Assembly (NCBI GenBank): GCA_000165345.1
Contig: CM000430.1
Location: forward strand, 544,001 to 608,000
Direction: 5' to 3'
Length of the DNA: 64,000 nucleotides
A program made the position numbers and the translations under genes. The notes beneath the pieces are model-generated. The model did no database searches. It had not been told where the DNA came from and saw only the letters and a list, made by a program, of their open reading frames with translations. Positions 11,033 through 21,319 of the stretch are shown here, in pieces (within the stretch, counting starts at the first letter, position 1; each line of letters begins with the position of its first letter).

Positions 11033-12673
11033 CTACCTAGCTAGTAGCGGGTTATTGCTAATGTTATCTGTTATTTTGCTTTTTGAAACTACTGATGAAT
11101 TGGGATTATTTACATATCTTTTTAAGTATAAGATAGTCTCAACGTGTTTCGTAAAAGGAAACATGTCTACGGGGACTGCGCATTCTGGAAAAAACACGGG
11201 AAAATATTCTTGCTGATCGGTATGTGGGTCATATGATGAGCATAATTCTATGCAATTCTTAACAAGCGACTCAACATTACAGCTTACATAAATTAAATAC
11301 TCTATTTTTGCCATCTTTCTCAGTGACTTAACAACGCTTGAATGTAGCCCACTTCTAGGAGGGTCAACAATAGCAATTACCAAATTATTGGATGGTAAAT
11401 TTTCTAAAAAGCCTGGTAATATGCTTTCTGCTGTACCTGTATAGTATTTTGCATTTTCAACTCCAATATTTTCAGCGTTTTTCTTAGCAGAATTTATTGC
11501 TTCTCTCGAACAATCTATTCCAATAAGTTCAACATCTTTAAAATTCCTTCCCAAATCACGAAAAATATCTAGTAACGTTAGCCCAATTGCTCCTACCCCA
11601 CAACAAATATCCAAAATGATTAATTTCTTTTTTTTAAGATTTTCATTTTTTTTAAGATTTTCCAAGAGCTTTATCTCGATAACTTTTCTTATCTCGTTGT
11701 ATAAGGTTTCACACCCTTTTGTGTTTGTTTGAAAAAAAGACAATGGGCCAATAAATAGTTCAGTATTTCTTATTTTAAACGAAATCTGGGGGCTTCCATG
11801 AAGCAAATCTAACTTTCCAATATCAAATGTATCTACAATAGAATCGGACTGATGAAGATACAAACTTTTTATTTTATATCCTATAAGGTCCATTTCAAAG
11901 CTTTTATCAATAAACTCTTCTATCAATAAATCAACTATTTTATTCTTAACTCCAATCCTTTCTACATTTGTGGTCTGAATAGTAACCATTATTTCTTTAT
12001 TTGTTTCTGACAACCTAATTAATAGTAATCGCCAAATTCCGCTCCTATTCCTCCTCGAATAAACCTTAAAATCACTCTCTCTAGAACTCATCTTAACCAT
12101 TTTTTCGGTTTTTTTAATAATTGGAATAATACAAGGATTTATGATTTCTAATGTTTTAGTATCTTGGATGTCATTCGAATTATCTACTTCATTTGAATTG
12201 TCTAAAACACCAATTGTAATAGGCTCAAACCTATCTATATAAGCTACAAATCCTACTGAAATATCAGAATCTGCATCCAAAATTTCGTTATTTGTATAGC
12301 CAATAGTGAATTCATATTTGTTTCTGTAAGAATACGGTATCGTTCCCTTATCCTCATCTTTTATACTAACTATTGGAAAAGCTTGAATTAATCCTTCAAA
12401 ATCTACAAGACTGAAACTATTCGTCATCCTCTCTTTCTTTTCAACCTTACACCATTTGGGTGGTATTAAGCCTTTGCTGGTTGCGCTCTTCCAAATGCTT
12501 TTAGAAAGTAAACCTAAATTTCTTCTCACTAGATTGTTTTTAAAGTCTAGTTGATTAATGTAGGAATCATTGTATAAAGGAGTAACTTTCTTTCTAAGAT
12601 ATTCAAAGCCACAATTTTTTGTACTACCTTCGTTCTTGTCAAGCTTAGCTCTTTTTTTTGCTGGGTTCTTCAT
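11033..12673 (-). CDS. TRM2: tRNA (uracil-5)-methyltransferase, TrmA/Trm2 family
   Basis: 546 aa, ATG at 12673. SAM methyltransferase motif I DICCGVGAIGLTL, motif VDPPRSGLH, catalytic YVSCN and the family-typical C-terminus VDMFPFTKHVETI. N-terminal basic/TRAM-like region. Confidence 0.7.
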   Translation of the reverse strand: MKNPAKKRAKLDKNEGSTKNCGFEYLRKKVTPLYNDSYINQLDFKNNLVRRNLGLLSKSIWKSATSKGLIPPKWCKVEKKERMTNSFSLVDFEGLIQAFPIVSIKDEDKGTIPYSYRNKYEFTIGYTNNEILDADSDISVGFVAYIDRFEPITIGVLDNSNEVDNSNDIQDTKTLEIINPCIIPIIKKTEKMVKMSSRESDFKVYSRRNRSGIWRLLLIRLSETNKEIMVTIQTTNVERIGVKNKIVDLLIEEFIDKSFEMDLIGYKIKSLYLHQSDSIVDTFDIGKLDLLHGSPQISFKIRNTELFIGPLSFFQTNTKGCETLYNEIRKVIEIKLLENLKKNENLKKKKLIILDICCGVGAIGLTLLDIFRDLGRNFKDVELIGIDCSREAINSAKKNAENIGVENAKYYTGTAESILPGFLENLPSNNLVIAIVDPPRSGLHSSVVKSLRKMAKIEYLIYVSCNVESLVKNCIELCSSYDPHTDQQEYFPVFFPECAVPVDMFPFTKHVETILYLKRYVNNPNSSVVSKSKITDNISNNPLLAR

Positions 12674-13112
12674 CTCAGTACGAATTTATTATTGGTAATA
12701 GTTGACAATATTTTAGCATAGTGATTTTGGCGGGAGCTATAAATTAATTTTGAAAAATGAAAAATCATTTTCTTCAGTAGTTTAAGCGTTTAGGTAAATG
12801 AGGAGGAGAAGAGAAAGAGCCTCAATTGAAGTTATTAAAAATTTAATAAATAATTACTTTAAGCTGGTATTAAGTCTCTTACAGCAATATCTAAGTTCAT
12901 ATTTTTGTAACTTTTGGTTAATTATATCTATAAATTACCGCCAGTATTATTAATACGATATTGAGATCAAGAAACACATTTTGATTATTAAATAAAAATA
13001 ACTATATCAATATTATTATTGTTTATTTATGGGAAAGACAAATTATATTAATTTATGAGCTATTTTTGGTTTACGAGTTTAAGGAACTCATTTAAATTAA
13101 AGAGTTTTCACA

Positions 13113-16100
13113 ATGTCAAACGTACTGACATGCAAAGCATTAAAGATATTATGCGGAGAAGATATACGTTACTTTGAGCTTGCAGAAGTTGCATACTTGG
13201 CTCGAATGAAGAAACTTTACGTATGCTTAGGAAGACATTCGATATATTTACTGAAAAGGAATTTAAGGAAAGTAATTACTGGAGGAAAGCTAAAGTATTC
13301 TCAAATTGAGGGGATTTATGAAGATATAAGCAAAGATACCCGGTTTTTAATTCTTCTTGATAATGAAAGGGATGAGAGATGGGTAGATGACAAACTTATT
13401 ATCAACTGTTTAAATAGGCACGTGCTTTGTAATTTTCTAGAGATGGCCTGGAAAGCTGATCATGCATTTAGAACAGGAAAGTATTATGACTTTCCTAGGT
13501 TCGGAATCAACTTGAATGAAATTAGAAATGAATTAAATATTTCTAAGAGTAAAAATTCGAGTATTGATAAAATTAAATCAATTGCAGTTTGGGGAATGAA
13601 TTCAAGACAAAAAAACATTAAGGGACGGTATGAAAAGTGCAAATTTACAGGGATATTGGACGAAAAAACACTGCTAGCAATTCAAAAACAATTAAATTTA
13701 TTAGAAGAAGGATACACGACTACAATATTTCCATTTGCTAAAATAGAAGAGTTTCAAGACTATAGAAAATATATCTTCGATGGCTATTACTTCTTTGCAA
13801 AGCAAGGTTTTGAAAATAAAGCAACTCAATCACACAACTCACAAACAGGTTCATATGTATCATATAACGGCGTTGAAATTAATATTAATGTACATCCACA
13901 GATATTTTTAAACCAAAAGAAACCAAATACTAATGATACTCAAACCAGAGAAAATAAAGGGGCAGAAACAAAAGGTTACTCAAATATTGGAAGCAACCTG
14001 TATAATGTTGCTCAAGAATATGTTAGGTTTCTCTCCAATATGTCAACCGATAAAACTTACTCTGTATATCTTAATGGCCAATACAACAAAAAAATGAACC
14101 TCTCTGATGACATTTCAACCTGGTCTTGTTGGGAGATTTTTATTAAAACATCAAGAATGAGCATTGTATGCATAATCATGAGGAGATGCTATATCCCTCC
14201 AACTTTAGACTCATATCAAGATATTTCAGTAACTTATACTTGCTCATATAAGGATATGAAGTATTTCAATTTAACTGATAGAGATTTGTTGAGAGAGTGT
14301 AGACTTTCGGCGGATTCGATTTCACCAATTTCTCAACATCACACTTTATACACAGAATTTATTCAGTCCCAATTGGATACTTTGCTATTCGACGAATTTT
14401 CATATAGTTGGATATCTACAAATATAAAGTTACATCCAGCATTCAAGGTAGGAGCAAGATCTTTTCTCAAGTCAATCCTTAAAATGTTGGATAAAGCAAA
14501 TATTCTAGCAGATAGTGAACTAATAGAAGAAATTGATCTATTGGAAAAAAGCGGTTCAAGTAGATACGACCAAGAGAACGAAACAAAAGTTGAAGTATTT
14601 GAAGATCCTATGGCATGCATTCATGAAATGCTTTCACAAATTTCAGGGGTAGACAAATTCTCTAGAAGTATTATTGAAAGACAAAAATTACATTTTTTTG
14701 AGCTTAGGCTTGCTAGGTATTTATCTTACTGCGTTGATGGAGGCCTACTTGGAGCAAAATTTATTATCGAAGACCTTGTATCCTCTGTTGGGATGGCAAA
14801 TAGGAATGTTGATAGTAAAATAAGGCAAGTTTTGGATTATTTGTTACATGTCAGATCGAAAGATATGTCTACGGATTATTGTCAATTAAAGCTTGTAAAT
14901 CTCCTTCAGAATCCGAGATTTGTAAGAGATTATTGCTTTGTGCCTTCTGTAATGGCAAGATTTGTAAATAGCGGATATTGTGCAAGACTTATCCCGGCTG
15001 GGAAGGAAACATTATATATAGAATTTCTAATGAATCTTTTAACGCTACCTATAAAAAATAACTTTGGGCAAAGATCGCAATTAAGAATATCTATTCTTCA
15101 ACAAGTGTTGCACGCAACAGGAGACTCTAAAAAAAGGGATTATTATATTCAGATGGTCCCTCTACTTGTTGAGATTTTTTCTGGAAATGAGTTGGACGGC
15201 GATAACACTGGTTCAAAGTATGCTGGGGCTGCTCTACTTAATCTATGCTTCTCAAACGATATATTAAAAAGTGAGCTTGTAAAAGCAGGGATATCTAGCG
15301 CAATAGTTAAGAAGCTTCAGAAAAGAGACGACCTTCAACTGACAAAAATATGCCTCTCCCTCGTGGTAAATATTTCTAAAGACCCTTCACATCGACAAAC
15401 CTTGATAGCGGAGGGGATATTACCAATCATTGCTGACTCTCTCCATGAGATTCTTGAAGATTTTAGGCCATATAATCAAGATTTAGTTTTGCAGAAGAAC
15501 AAAATCCATGGACAATTTGGAATTCATTCAAAACAAAATAGCGACTGGGATGTGCTACCTATTATTTTAGGCGTAATTGGCCAATTGAGCAATGAAAACG
15601 ATATAAAACACATGTTCATTTCTAATTGGTGCGTGCTTGACTATATTTTGTACCTTTTCCACAACCTTGAAGTTTATGTGGGAAGTAATAACGACATAAT
15701 TTGTAAAATAATTTTTTGTATAAAACAGCTTTGTAATTCGAGTTGGATTGTGCAACTTCGTGTTGGTAAACATTGTATTCCAACTCTTATTGAAATAATT
15801 TCCACACCATTAAATAAAAAAGAAAGGAGAGAGGCTTCAACTATGAAATTTATTCAGTACTATTCTTATTGGGTCCCTTTTCATACTATATCAGAAAATA
15901 GGGATTCTTCTATTTTTCTTAGCGGAATAAATGGAGATGTAATTTTTCATTCGTTATTATTGCTAGAGACTCTTTCTTATTATCATCCAAACTGTTTGGA
16001 AATGATTTCATTCGGTATTGAAAATGCACTTGATCTGTGCTTGGAGTCTTATTGCATAGACACTATAGTAATAAAACTAAACTACCTAAAAGACGTAGTA

Positions 16101-16124
16101 AAGAAAGTATCGCTCAGGATTTAG
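13113..16124 (+). CDS. Hypothetical protein with C-terminal armadillo/HEAT-like repeats
   Basis: 1003-aa uninterrupted ORF with ATG. Repetitive helical leucine-rich segments in the C-terminal half (e.g. ...GAALLNLCFSNDILKSELVKAGISSAIVKKLQ...LSLVVNISKDPSHRQTLIAEGILPIIADSL). No confident family assignment. Confidence 0.5.
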   Translation: MSNVLTCKALKILCGEDIRYFELAEVAYLARMKKLYVCLGRHSIYLLKRNLRKVITGGKLKYSQIEGIYEDISKDTRFLILLDNERDERWVDDKLIINCLNRHVLCNFLEMAWKADHAFRTGKYYDFPRFGINLNEIRNELNISKSKNSSIDKIKSIAVWGMNSRQKNIKGRYEKCKFTGILDEKTLLAIQKQLNLLEEGYTTTIFPFAKIEEFQDYRKYIFDGYYFFAKQGFENKATQSHNSQTGSYVSYNGVEININVHPQIFLNQKKPNTNDTQTRENKGAETKGYSNIGSNLYNVAQEYVRFLSNMSTDKTYSVYLNGQYNKKMNLSDDISTWSCWEIFIKTSRMSIVCIIMRRCYIPPTLDSYQDISVTYTCSYKDMKYFNLTDRDLLRECRLSADSISPISQHHTLYTEFIQSQLDTLLFDEFSYSWISTNIKLHPAFKVGARSFLKSILKMLDKANILADSELIEEIDLLEKSGSSRYDQENETKVEVFEDPMACIHEMLSQISGVDKFSRSIIERQKLHFFELRLARYLSYCVDGGLLGAKFIIEDLVSSVGMANRNVDSKIRQVLDYLLHVRSKDMSTDYCQLKLVNLLQNPRFVRDYCFVPSVMARFVNSGYCARLIPAGKETLYIEFLMNLLTLPIKNNFGQRSQLRISILQQVLHATGDSKKRDYYIQMVPLLVEIFSGNELDGDNTGSKYAGAALLNLCFSNDILKSELVKAGISSAIVKKLQKRDDLQLTKICLSLVVNISKDPSHRQTLIAEGILPIIADSLHEILEDFRPYNQDLVLQKNKIHGQFGIHSKQNSDWDVLPIILGVIGQLSNENDIKHMFISNWCVLDYILYLFHNLEVYVGSNNDIICKIIFCIKQLCNSSWIVQLRVGKHCIPTLIEIISTPLNKKERREASTMKFIQYYSYWVPFHTISENRDSSIFLSGINGDVIFHSLLLLETLSYYHPNCLEMISFGIENALDLCLESYCIDTIVIKLNYLKDVVKKVSLRI

Positions 16125-16921
16125 TCACTCCACAACGATTTTAGAACATAATTATAGTATTCTAATTGCGTATTAAAGACTTTGAACTACTAATTCTGAA
16201 TTAATTGAAACATTGTATTTAACTTTGAAATAATATAACATTTACTTATCAGGAAAATGTGAAATATTTGGTATGAAAATTAATTATCAGATAATCTGCG
16301 AGTGTTAATTATTGTAATCATTATTATTTAGAGATTAAATATCTATAGTACATTTAATTCCATACTTCAAATAGGAATATTCCGCTACTTGATATTACAA
16401 CGCTTTTAGTATAAATGAATAAGATATCCACCCCTGAAAATATATTCTAGTCTGACCCGCAACAACTATATATTAATTTGCAAATCCAAATCAAAAAGAT
16501 GACCTAAGTTTATCAAGTTAAACCAAACCTGTTAACTAATTGAATATTGTAACGAATCCAATTGTTATATGAAAACAAGAATAGAAGTATAAAATTTAAC
16601 GAAAATAAACCAGAATATTATTTAGAATAACACTCCATACGTACTTTCTCGTTGCTAATTACTTGTTCATTAGTTTAAACGGCATTCCAAATAGAAAACT
16701 AATTTCGTGAAAATTATAAAAAAAAGGTATCTTTCCAAATTCAAAAAAACTTAGTCTTGAAAAGTTTAGCATTAATCTTACAACTGGTTCCATATATCAA
16801 GACAATTTATATACAATTCTGATAATAAAGAATAGAATGATCTATACTCCTCAAAGTATCTTTAAGATATACTGATCTGAGATTTAAAATATTTATAATG
16901 ATCTTAATTTCCCAGTATTTA

Positions 16922-19900
16922 TTAAGTTGAGTTAGCGTGTTTGATACTTTCGAATGAATTTCCTCTAATTACCCCTAATATTGATGATGACTGCTTAATT
17001 TTTGGAGGAGGTGGTGGCGGTGGAGGAGGTATATGTAGGGGAGTAGAAACAGAAGGGAGTATCAAATGCGGCGGAGAGTCAGTGTATAAATTTGCAACTG
17101 GAACTTGGCCAGGAAATATAGTATTACTATTATTCTGGTCGCAGCCGCTAATAACTGGATTGTACCCAATAATATGTAAAGGAGGAGCTTCAAAGGGACC
17201 AAAGTACTGATTAGAGGGGATTCTCTGCTTCGCAGCATTAACATTAGAAGGAGATAGAGGTAATCCAAGGCCAACTCCTAATATACCGCTTCCTATTCCT
17301 GAAGTACCCGTAAAAGGTCCCTTTGAACATTCAGCAGATATATTGAGATACCCTCCACAAATACTAGAATAATCACCAAACGGGGATTGGATAATTTGAA
17401 TAGCTCTTTGAATTTCATTCCGAAGGTGCTTTTTATTATTCTCATCAAAAATAGGTCTACATGCAGGTGGGCCCGGAAAAGGATTTCTTATATCACAACA
17501 AATACCCGGAATAGTAGTATTAATAATGTCTGGAGAGCTGATATCAATGACTGTAGTCCAAAGATGAGTTTCAATAAATTTAAGAAACCTGTAAAATAAT
17601 GTGTGGCTTTGAGAAAACTTGAGGAACTTAGATTCTTCAAAAATTTTTACATTGTTAATTAATGTAGGAGGGTCGCTAAATAATTCATCAATATCAAAAA
17701 TATCTCTCACAGAATTTGGACCGCATTCCTCATTTTTTTCTTTATCGCTGGTTACTTTCCCGTTCGAGTGTGTATTATAACCCTTAATATCAGCTAAAAA
17801 GCAATTGCCATATTCTTTATTGGCATTTGACTCTGATTGCTTAGTACCATTCTTGTAGCCAGTATCAATGGAATATCCGACGCTTGCAACCGACGCCATA
17901 TTAGATTCAGAACAAGCACAAGAGTATTTTGAATCGGAACAGTTAATGCATATATTATCTGAACTTAATATTCCAGGAGAAAGAGAATACGTACATGCGG
18001 TGCTTCCTATTGAGGACCTGCTTGATTCACCAAACGCTTCATGTTCCTCTGGTGGCTTATCTAAATTTAAGTTCTTTACATTCAGAAGTGTTTTTTCGGA
18101 ATGAACATCCTTGCTGATAGAATACCTGTTTTTTACGGAAAGTTTGGCAGCGCGACCGCCCTTTACTTCATCTAAATCTGATTTATATTGAAATTTACTA
18201 CCCTTTACAACATCAAGGTATAGCATTTTATATCCAACACCATCTTTTTCAATTGAACCTTTATCCGGCTCAGAATCAAAACTTGAATCGCTTGAGCTGG
18301 CTTGTTCAGCTACTCCAGCGCTTCCAGATGCCGTTTCTGTGTCGTAACTAACATTAGTTACATCTTCTATATCATCTTTGTAATTCACTGTCTCCTCTTG
18401 ATCTAATTCAGAAACCAAAGAAGGAAAATTCCCATCTAAATAGCTTTCTTCTGGAATTCCCTCAATTTTTTCAATTCCATTTTGCAAATAAATGTCACCT
18501 TTCCCTTTTTTGTAATTGCCCTTAATTGAAGTAAGTGTCAAGTTGTTCTCACTGGATTTGCATCTGCTTTGGATGTGATCAGAATTTAAATCTTCTAGTA
18601 TATCCTTAAATATTATTTTTGATGCATTGTGTGACTTTATAAAGAACTCATTTGCATCAATAACTGGAAGAATGCCAATTTTTTGGAAAAAGTATATAAC
18701 ACAAATTGTCCAGGCGTATCCGCCAGGGAATCCATTTAAGGTATTCCTAAGCCCACGAAACCTTGTCCATACTTTCGTTAGCACAACAACGTGGACAACT
18801 CGAGGATCCATTCTTGCATACCATGTAAGGATTCCAAGTCTGCTTTGAATAATAGGTAATGAATTGGCCTTTTGAATCTTGCATAAAGAGCCCGAAGTTT
18901 GCCCATCCTTAACTTCTTCTTGGTTGTTAGTTGATGGTAGAGCAATTGAAATATCTAAAACTATATCTGTATGAATATGAAGCATTCTGATAATTGGTAT
19001 GTGAGCACTGGTTATATCCTGTATACACGTGAATGGATTACGAAGCTTTCGTACCTCTGCCGATTGGTCTAACGGTACAGCGCCCTTCCCTTTCAATTTA
19101 TTTTCATTATTCAATGAGTTCATGCAATCGAAAGAGTCAGTTGATTTATTCTTACTCAATGCATCTAAAACATCTAATGAGTCACTTTGTAGCAGGCCTA
19201 GAAGTTCCTGTAAAATTAGGCCAGGTGGCTTAGTAAAAATATCAGATATGGGCGCATCTCCATATTTAGCTTTGTCAAACGAATCCTTTTTTGGAATCAA
19301 TGCAATATCAACATCAGAAAATTGATCAGCGAACCCTGTACTCGTTGAACCGTATGGAAATACTAATAAAGGAATTTTAGATTGCTCAAGCCAATTTCTA
19401 AGGTCACTAACCACGCTTGAAACTTTCAGACGAAATTCTTTATTTGGGATAAGATAATTTATTACATTTAATGTAGAAATTTCATAGCTTCTTAATGAAT
19501 ATGGCTGGAAATAAGGGATCTGATAATTGAATATAGCCGGTGCGCATGCCCCTAAATTATTACCTATAATACCAGTTGAATTAACACTTTGTTGAGGATG
19601 AGAGGAAATATTCCCTGGTAAGATTAAATCTTGTTTTTGGGTATTTAAAGATATTTTTGAATCGGGAAAGTAGTCTGGAGGAGGGGGAACAATATGACCA
19701 AAGTTGCATTGAGGGATCAAATGATTGTACCAAAACTGGTGGGGTATTGGGGATATTAAAGGAATGTGTACTTGACCATATTGCTGAACTTCTGATATGG
19801 TATTATTTTGAGCAATTCCCTGTGAAAAGCTGCCTTTAGATTGCTGATTTGAATCGTTTAAACTATTACTTCCAATATTTAAATGGTTTGTAGTATTTTC

Positions 19901-20410
19901 GATTATTACGCTGTTTCTGTTCTTGTTATTATTATTAACACTTGCCTTTGATATTTTTGTACAATCGGAAGCTGATGTAGATAACGACTTTTGGGTAAAT
20001 GTTACAGCTGATACAGAGGTTGGGGAACACGATGTGGAAAGCGGAGGTAAGTTAGAAGCTAAATTTTGTATACTATTAAAATTGGAACGGATTTCCCCAC
20101 AGTTTGATTTATCTGGTTTCTTTTTCCGGTGTTGTGCATGATTTGGAGCCAAAGACGTATGACCAAGTTTGTTTGGAGATTGACCAGAAGAAATCTCAAT
20201 TCCGCATGAACTACCTATGTTGCTGCTATCCGTTTGCGTACTCTTAGCAGAATTTGAGTTGATTTTTTTGCTAGAGTGAGCTGTCCTACGCCCAGATTTT
20301 CCTGAAGCGTCTTTTTTTTCAGATATAGGGTCTAGAACTTTATCCACACTAACTAGAACAGAGCGTCTTCTCTGGTCAGCTTCTGCATTTCTTTTCCCCG
20401 TAGCTGTCAT
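16922..20410 (-). CDS. Cid1-family nucleotidyltransferase (non-canonical poly(A)/poly(U) polymerase) with PAP/25A-associated domain; low-complexity N- and C-termini
   Basis: 1162 aa, ATG at 20410. Pol-beta nucleotidyltransferase signature FPYGSTSTGFADQFSDVDIAL (GS..DxD) is followed by a PAP-associated region (...LGILTWYARMDPRVVHVVVLTKVWTRF...GYAWTICVIYFFQ). A poly-Pro run (PPPPPPPPPP) sits near the C-terminus and the N-terminus is Ser/Asn-rich. Confidence 0.65.
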   Translation of the reverse strand: MTATGKRNAEADQRRRSVLVSVDKVLDPISEKKDASGKSGRRTAHSSKKINSNSAKSTQTDSSNIGSSCGIEISSGQSPNKLGHTSLAPNHAQHRKKKPDKSNCGEIRSNFNSIQNLASNLPPLSTSCSPTSVSAVTFTQKSLSTSASDCTKISKASVNNNNKNRNSVIIENTTNHLNIGSNSLNDSNQQSKGSFSQGIAQNNTISEVQQYGQVHIPLISPIPHQFWYNHLIPQCNFGHIVPPPPDYFPDSKISLNTQKQDLILPGNISSHPQQSVNSTGIIGNNLGACAPAIFNYQIPYFQPYSLRSYEISTLNVINYLIPNKEFRLKVSSVVSDLRNWLEQSKIPLLVFPYGSTSTGFADQFSDVDIALIPKKDSFDKAKYGDAPISDIFTKPPGLILQELLGLLQSDSLDVLDALSKNKSTDSFDCMNSLNNENKLKGKGAVPLDQSAEVRKLRNPFTCIQDITSAHIPIIRMLHIHTDIVLDISIALPSTNNQEEVKDGQTSGSLCKIQKANSLPIIQSRLGILTWYARMDPRVVHVVVLTKVWTRFRGLRNTLNGFPGGYAWTICVIYFFQKIGILPVIDANEFFIKSHNASKIIFKDILEDLNSDHIQSRCKSSENNLTLTSIKGNYKKGKGDIYLQNGIEKIEGIPEESYLDGNFPSLVSELDQEETVNYKDDIEDVTNVSYDTETASGSAGVAEQASSSDSSFDSEPDKGSIEKDGVGYKMLYLDVVKGSKFQYKSDLDEVKGGRAAKLSVKNRYSISKDVHSEKTLLNVKNLNLDKPPEEHEAFGESSRSSIGSTACTYSLSPGILSSDNICINCSDSKYSCACSESNMASVASVGYSIDTGYKNGTKQSESNANKEYGNCFLADIKGYNTHSNGKVTSDKEKNEECGPNSVRDIFDIDELFSDPPTLINNVKIFEESKFLKFSQSHTLFYRFLKFIETHLWTTVIDISSPDIINTTIPGICCDIRNPFPGPPACRPIFDENNKKHLRNEIQRAIQIIQSPFGDYSSICGGYLNISAECSKGPFTGTSGIGSGILGVGLGLPLSPSNVNAAKQRIPSNQYFGPFEAPPLHIIGYNPVISGCDQNNSNTIFPGQVPVANLYTDSPPHLILPSVSTPLHIPPPPPPPPPKIKQSSSILGVIRGNSFESIKHANST

Positions 20411-21319
20411 TGACTCCCCGACCGACCGTCAAAGAATTAACAAAGGCTAAACTAGGGTATTAAAAGAGTTGAATACCTTTGTCAGTGCCCGTCTCTAGCC
20501 ACAACAGTTAGGAATCCAACTTACTCAATTTATATTGCTCCGTGTCTACGTTTTGAGAGACAAACACTCTCTCGAACTTTAGTCAACTCTAACTCTCAAG
20601 TAGCTTCTGACTGTTCTTTTCTTATTGCAACAGCCACTGCATTATTCGAGGGCCTATGCACTTCTTTTCGTGCTTAAAAATTTGAATATACTTGCAAATT
20701 TTAGTTCGCAAAATTAGACTCAAGGTTTACCGCCATCGACGCGCCTTCAGTGCCTAGACCCGCCTTGATTTGAATTAACACGTAAATGTTGATATTAATT
20801 TCAAATTGTTAATACCGCAATAGACGCAAATAGAAGATGGACATTAATTTCTCGAGAATAAATATGAGTCAACTTAGCTAGAATAATAGTACTTAAGCAC
20901 ACTAGGAGGTGAGGTATTCACAGCTTAATACGAGCTATTTTTCATTGCAATTATTTGGGAATTTTATTCTGGAAAGTATTGCATGCATACAATACCTTTA
21001 ATGGTGCAAGAATTTTTTTACTAGATGATATTCAATGTTTGGATTCTGTCGATATTTTTGTGAGAATAATTCTTGTTAAGCTATCCAAATTAATATATGC
21101 GAACATATTAATTCGTATTAATTACTTGCCTTGTTAGACGACTGAATATGCGTAAAATAGCTATTTTCAACCCTTCGAGATTCTTTGACTTGGAAAATAC
21201 AGTTTCTGTTTTTAAATATGGCTCTACTATACGCTCTAATGTTGTAAGTTTTGAACCTTTTATATCTTGATTTTGTCATTTATTGTAAAATCCACTCCAA
21301 TCAGGCTTTTAACACAAGA

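Noticed and set aside
16941-17210. + strand ORF containing a poly-Gly run (GGGGGGGGG)
   Set aside because: Antisense to the poly-Pro (CCN) tract near the C-terminus of the Cid1-like gene. No independent start context or conservation logic.
20955-21137. 60-aa + strand ORF upstream of the 5-exon gene, considered as a possible first exon
   Set aside because: It cannot be joined in frame to exon A with any GT...AG pair that I could find. It is AT-rich with no coding-like codon usage.
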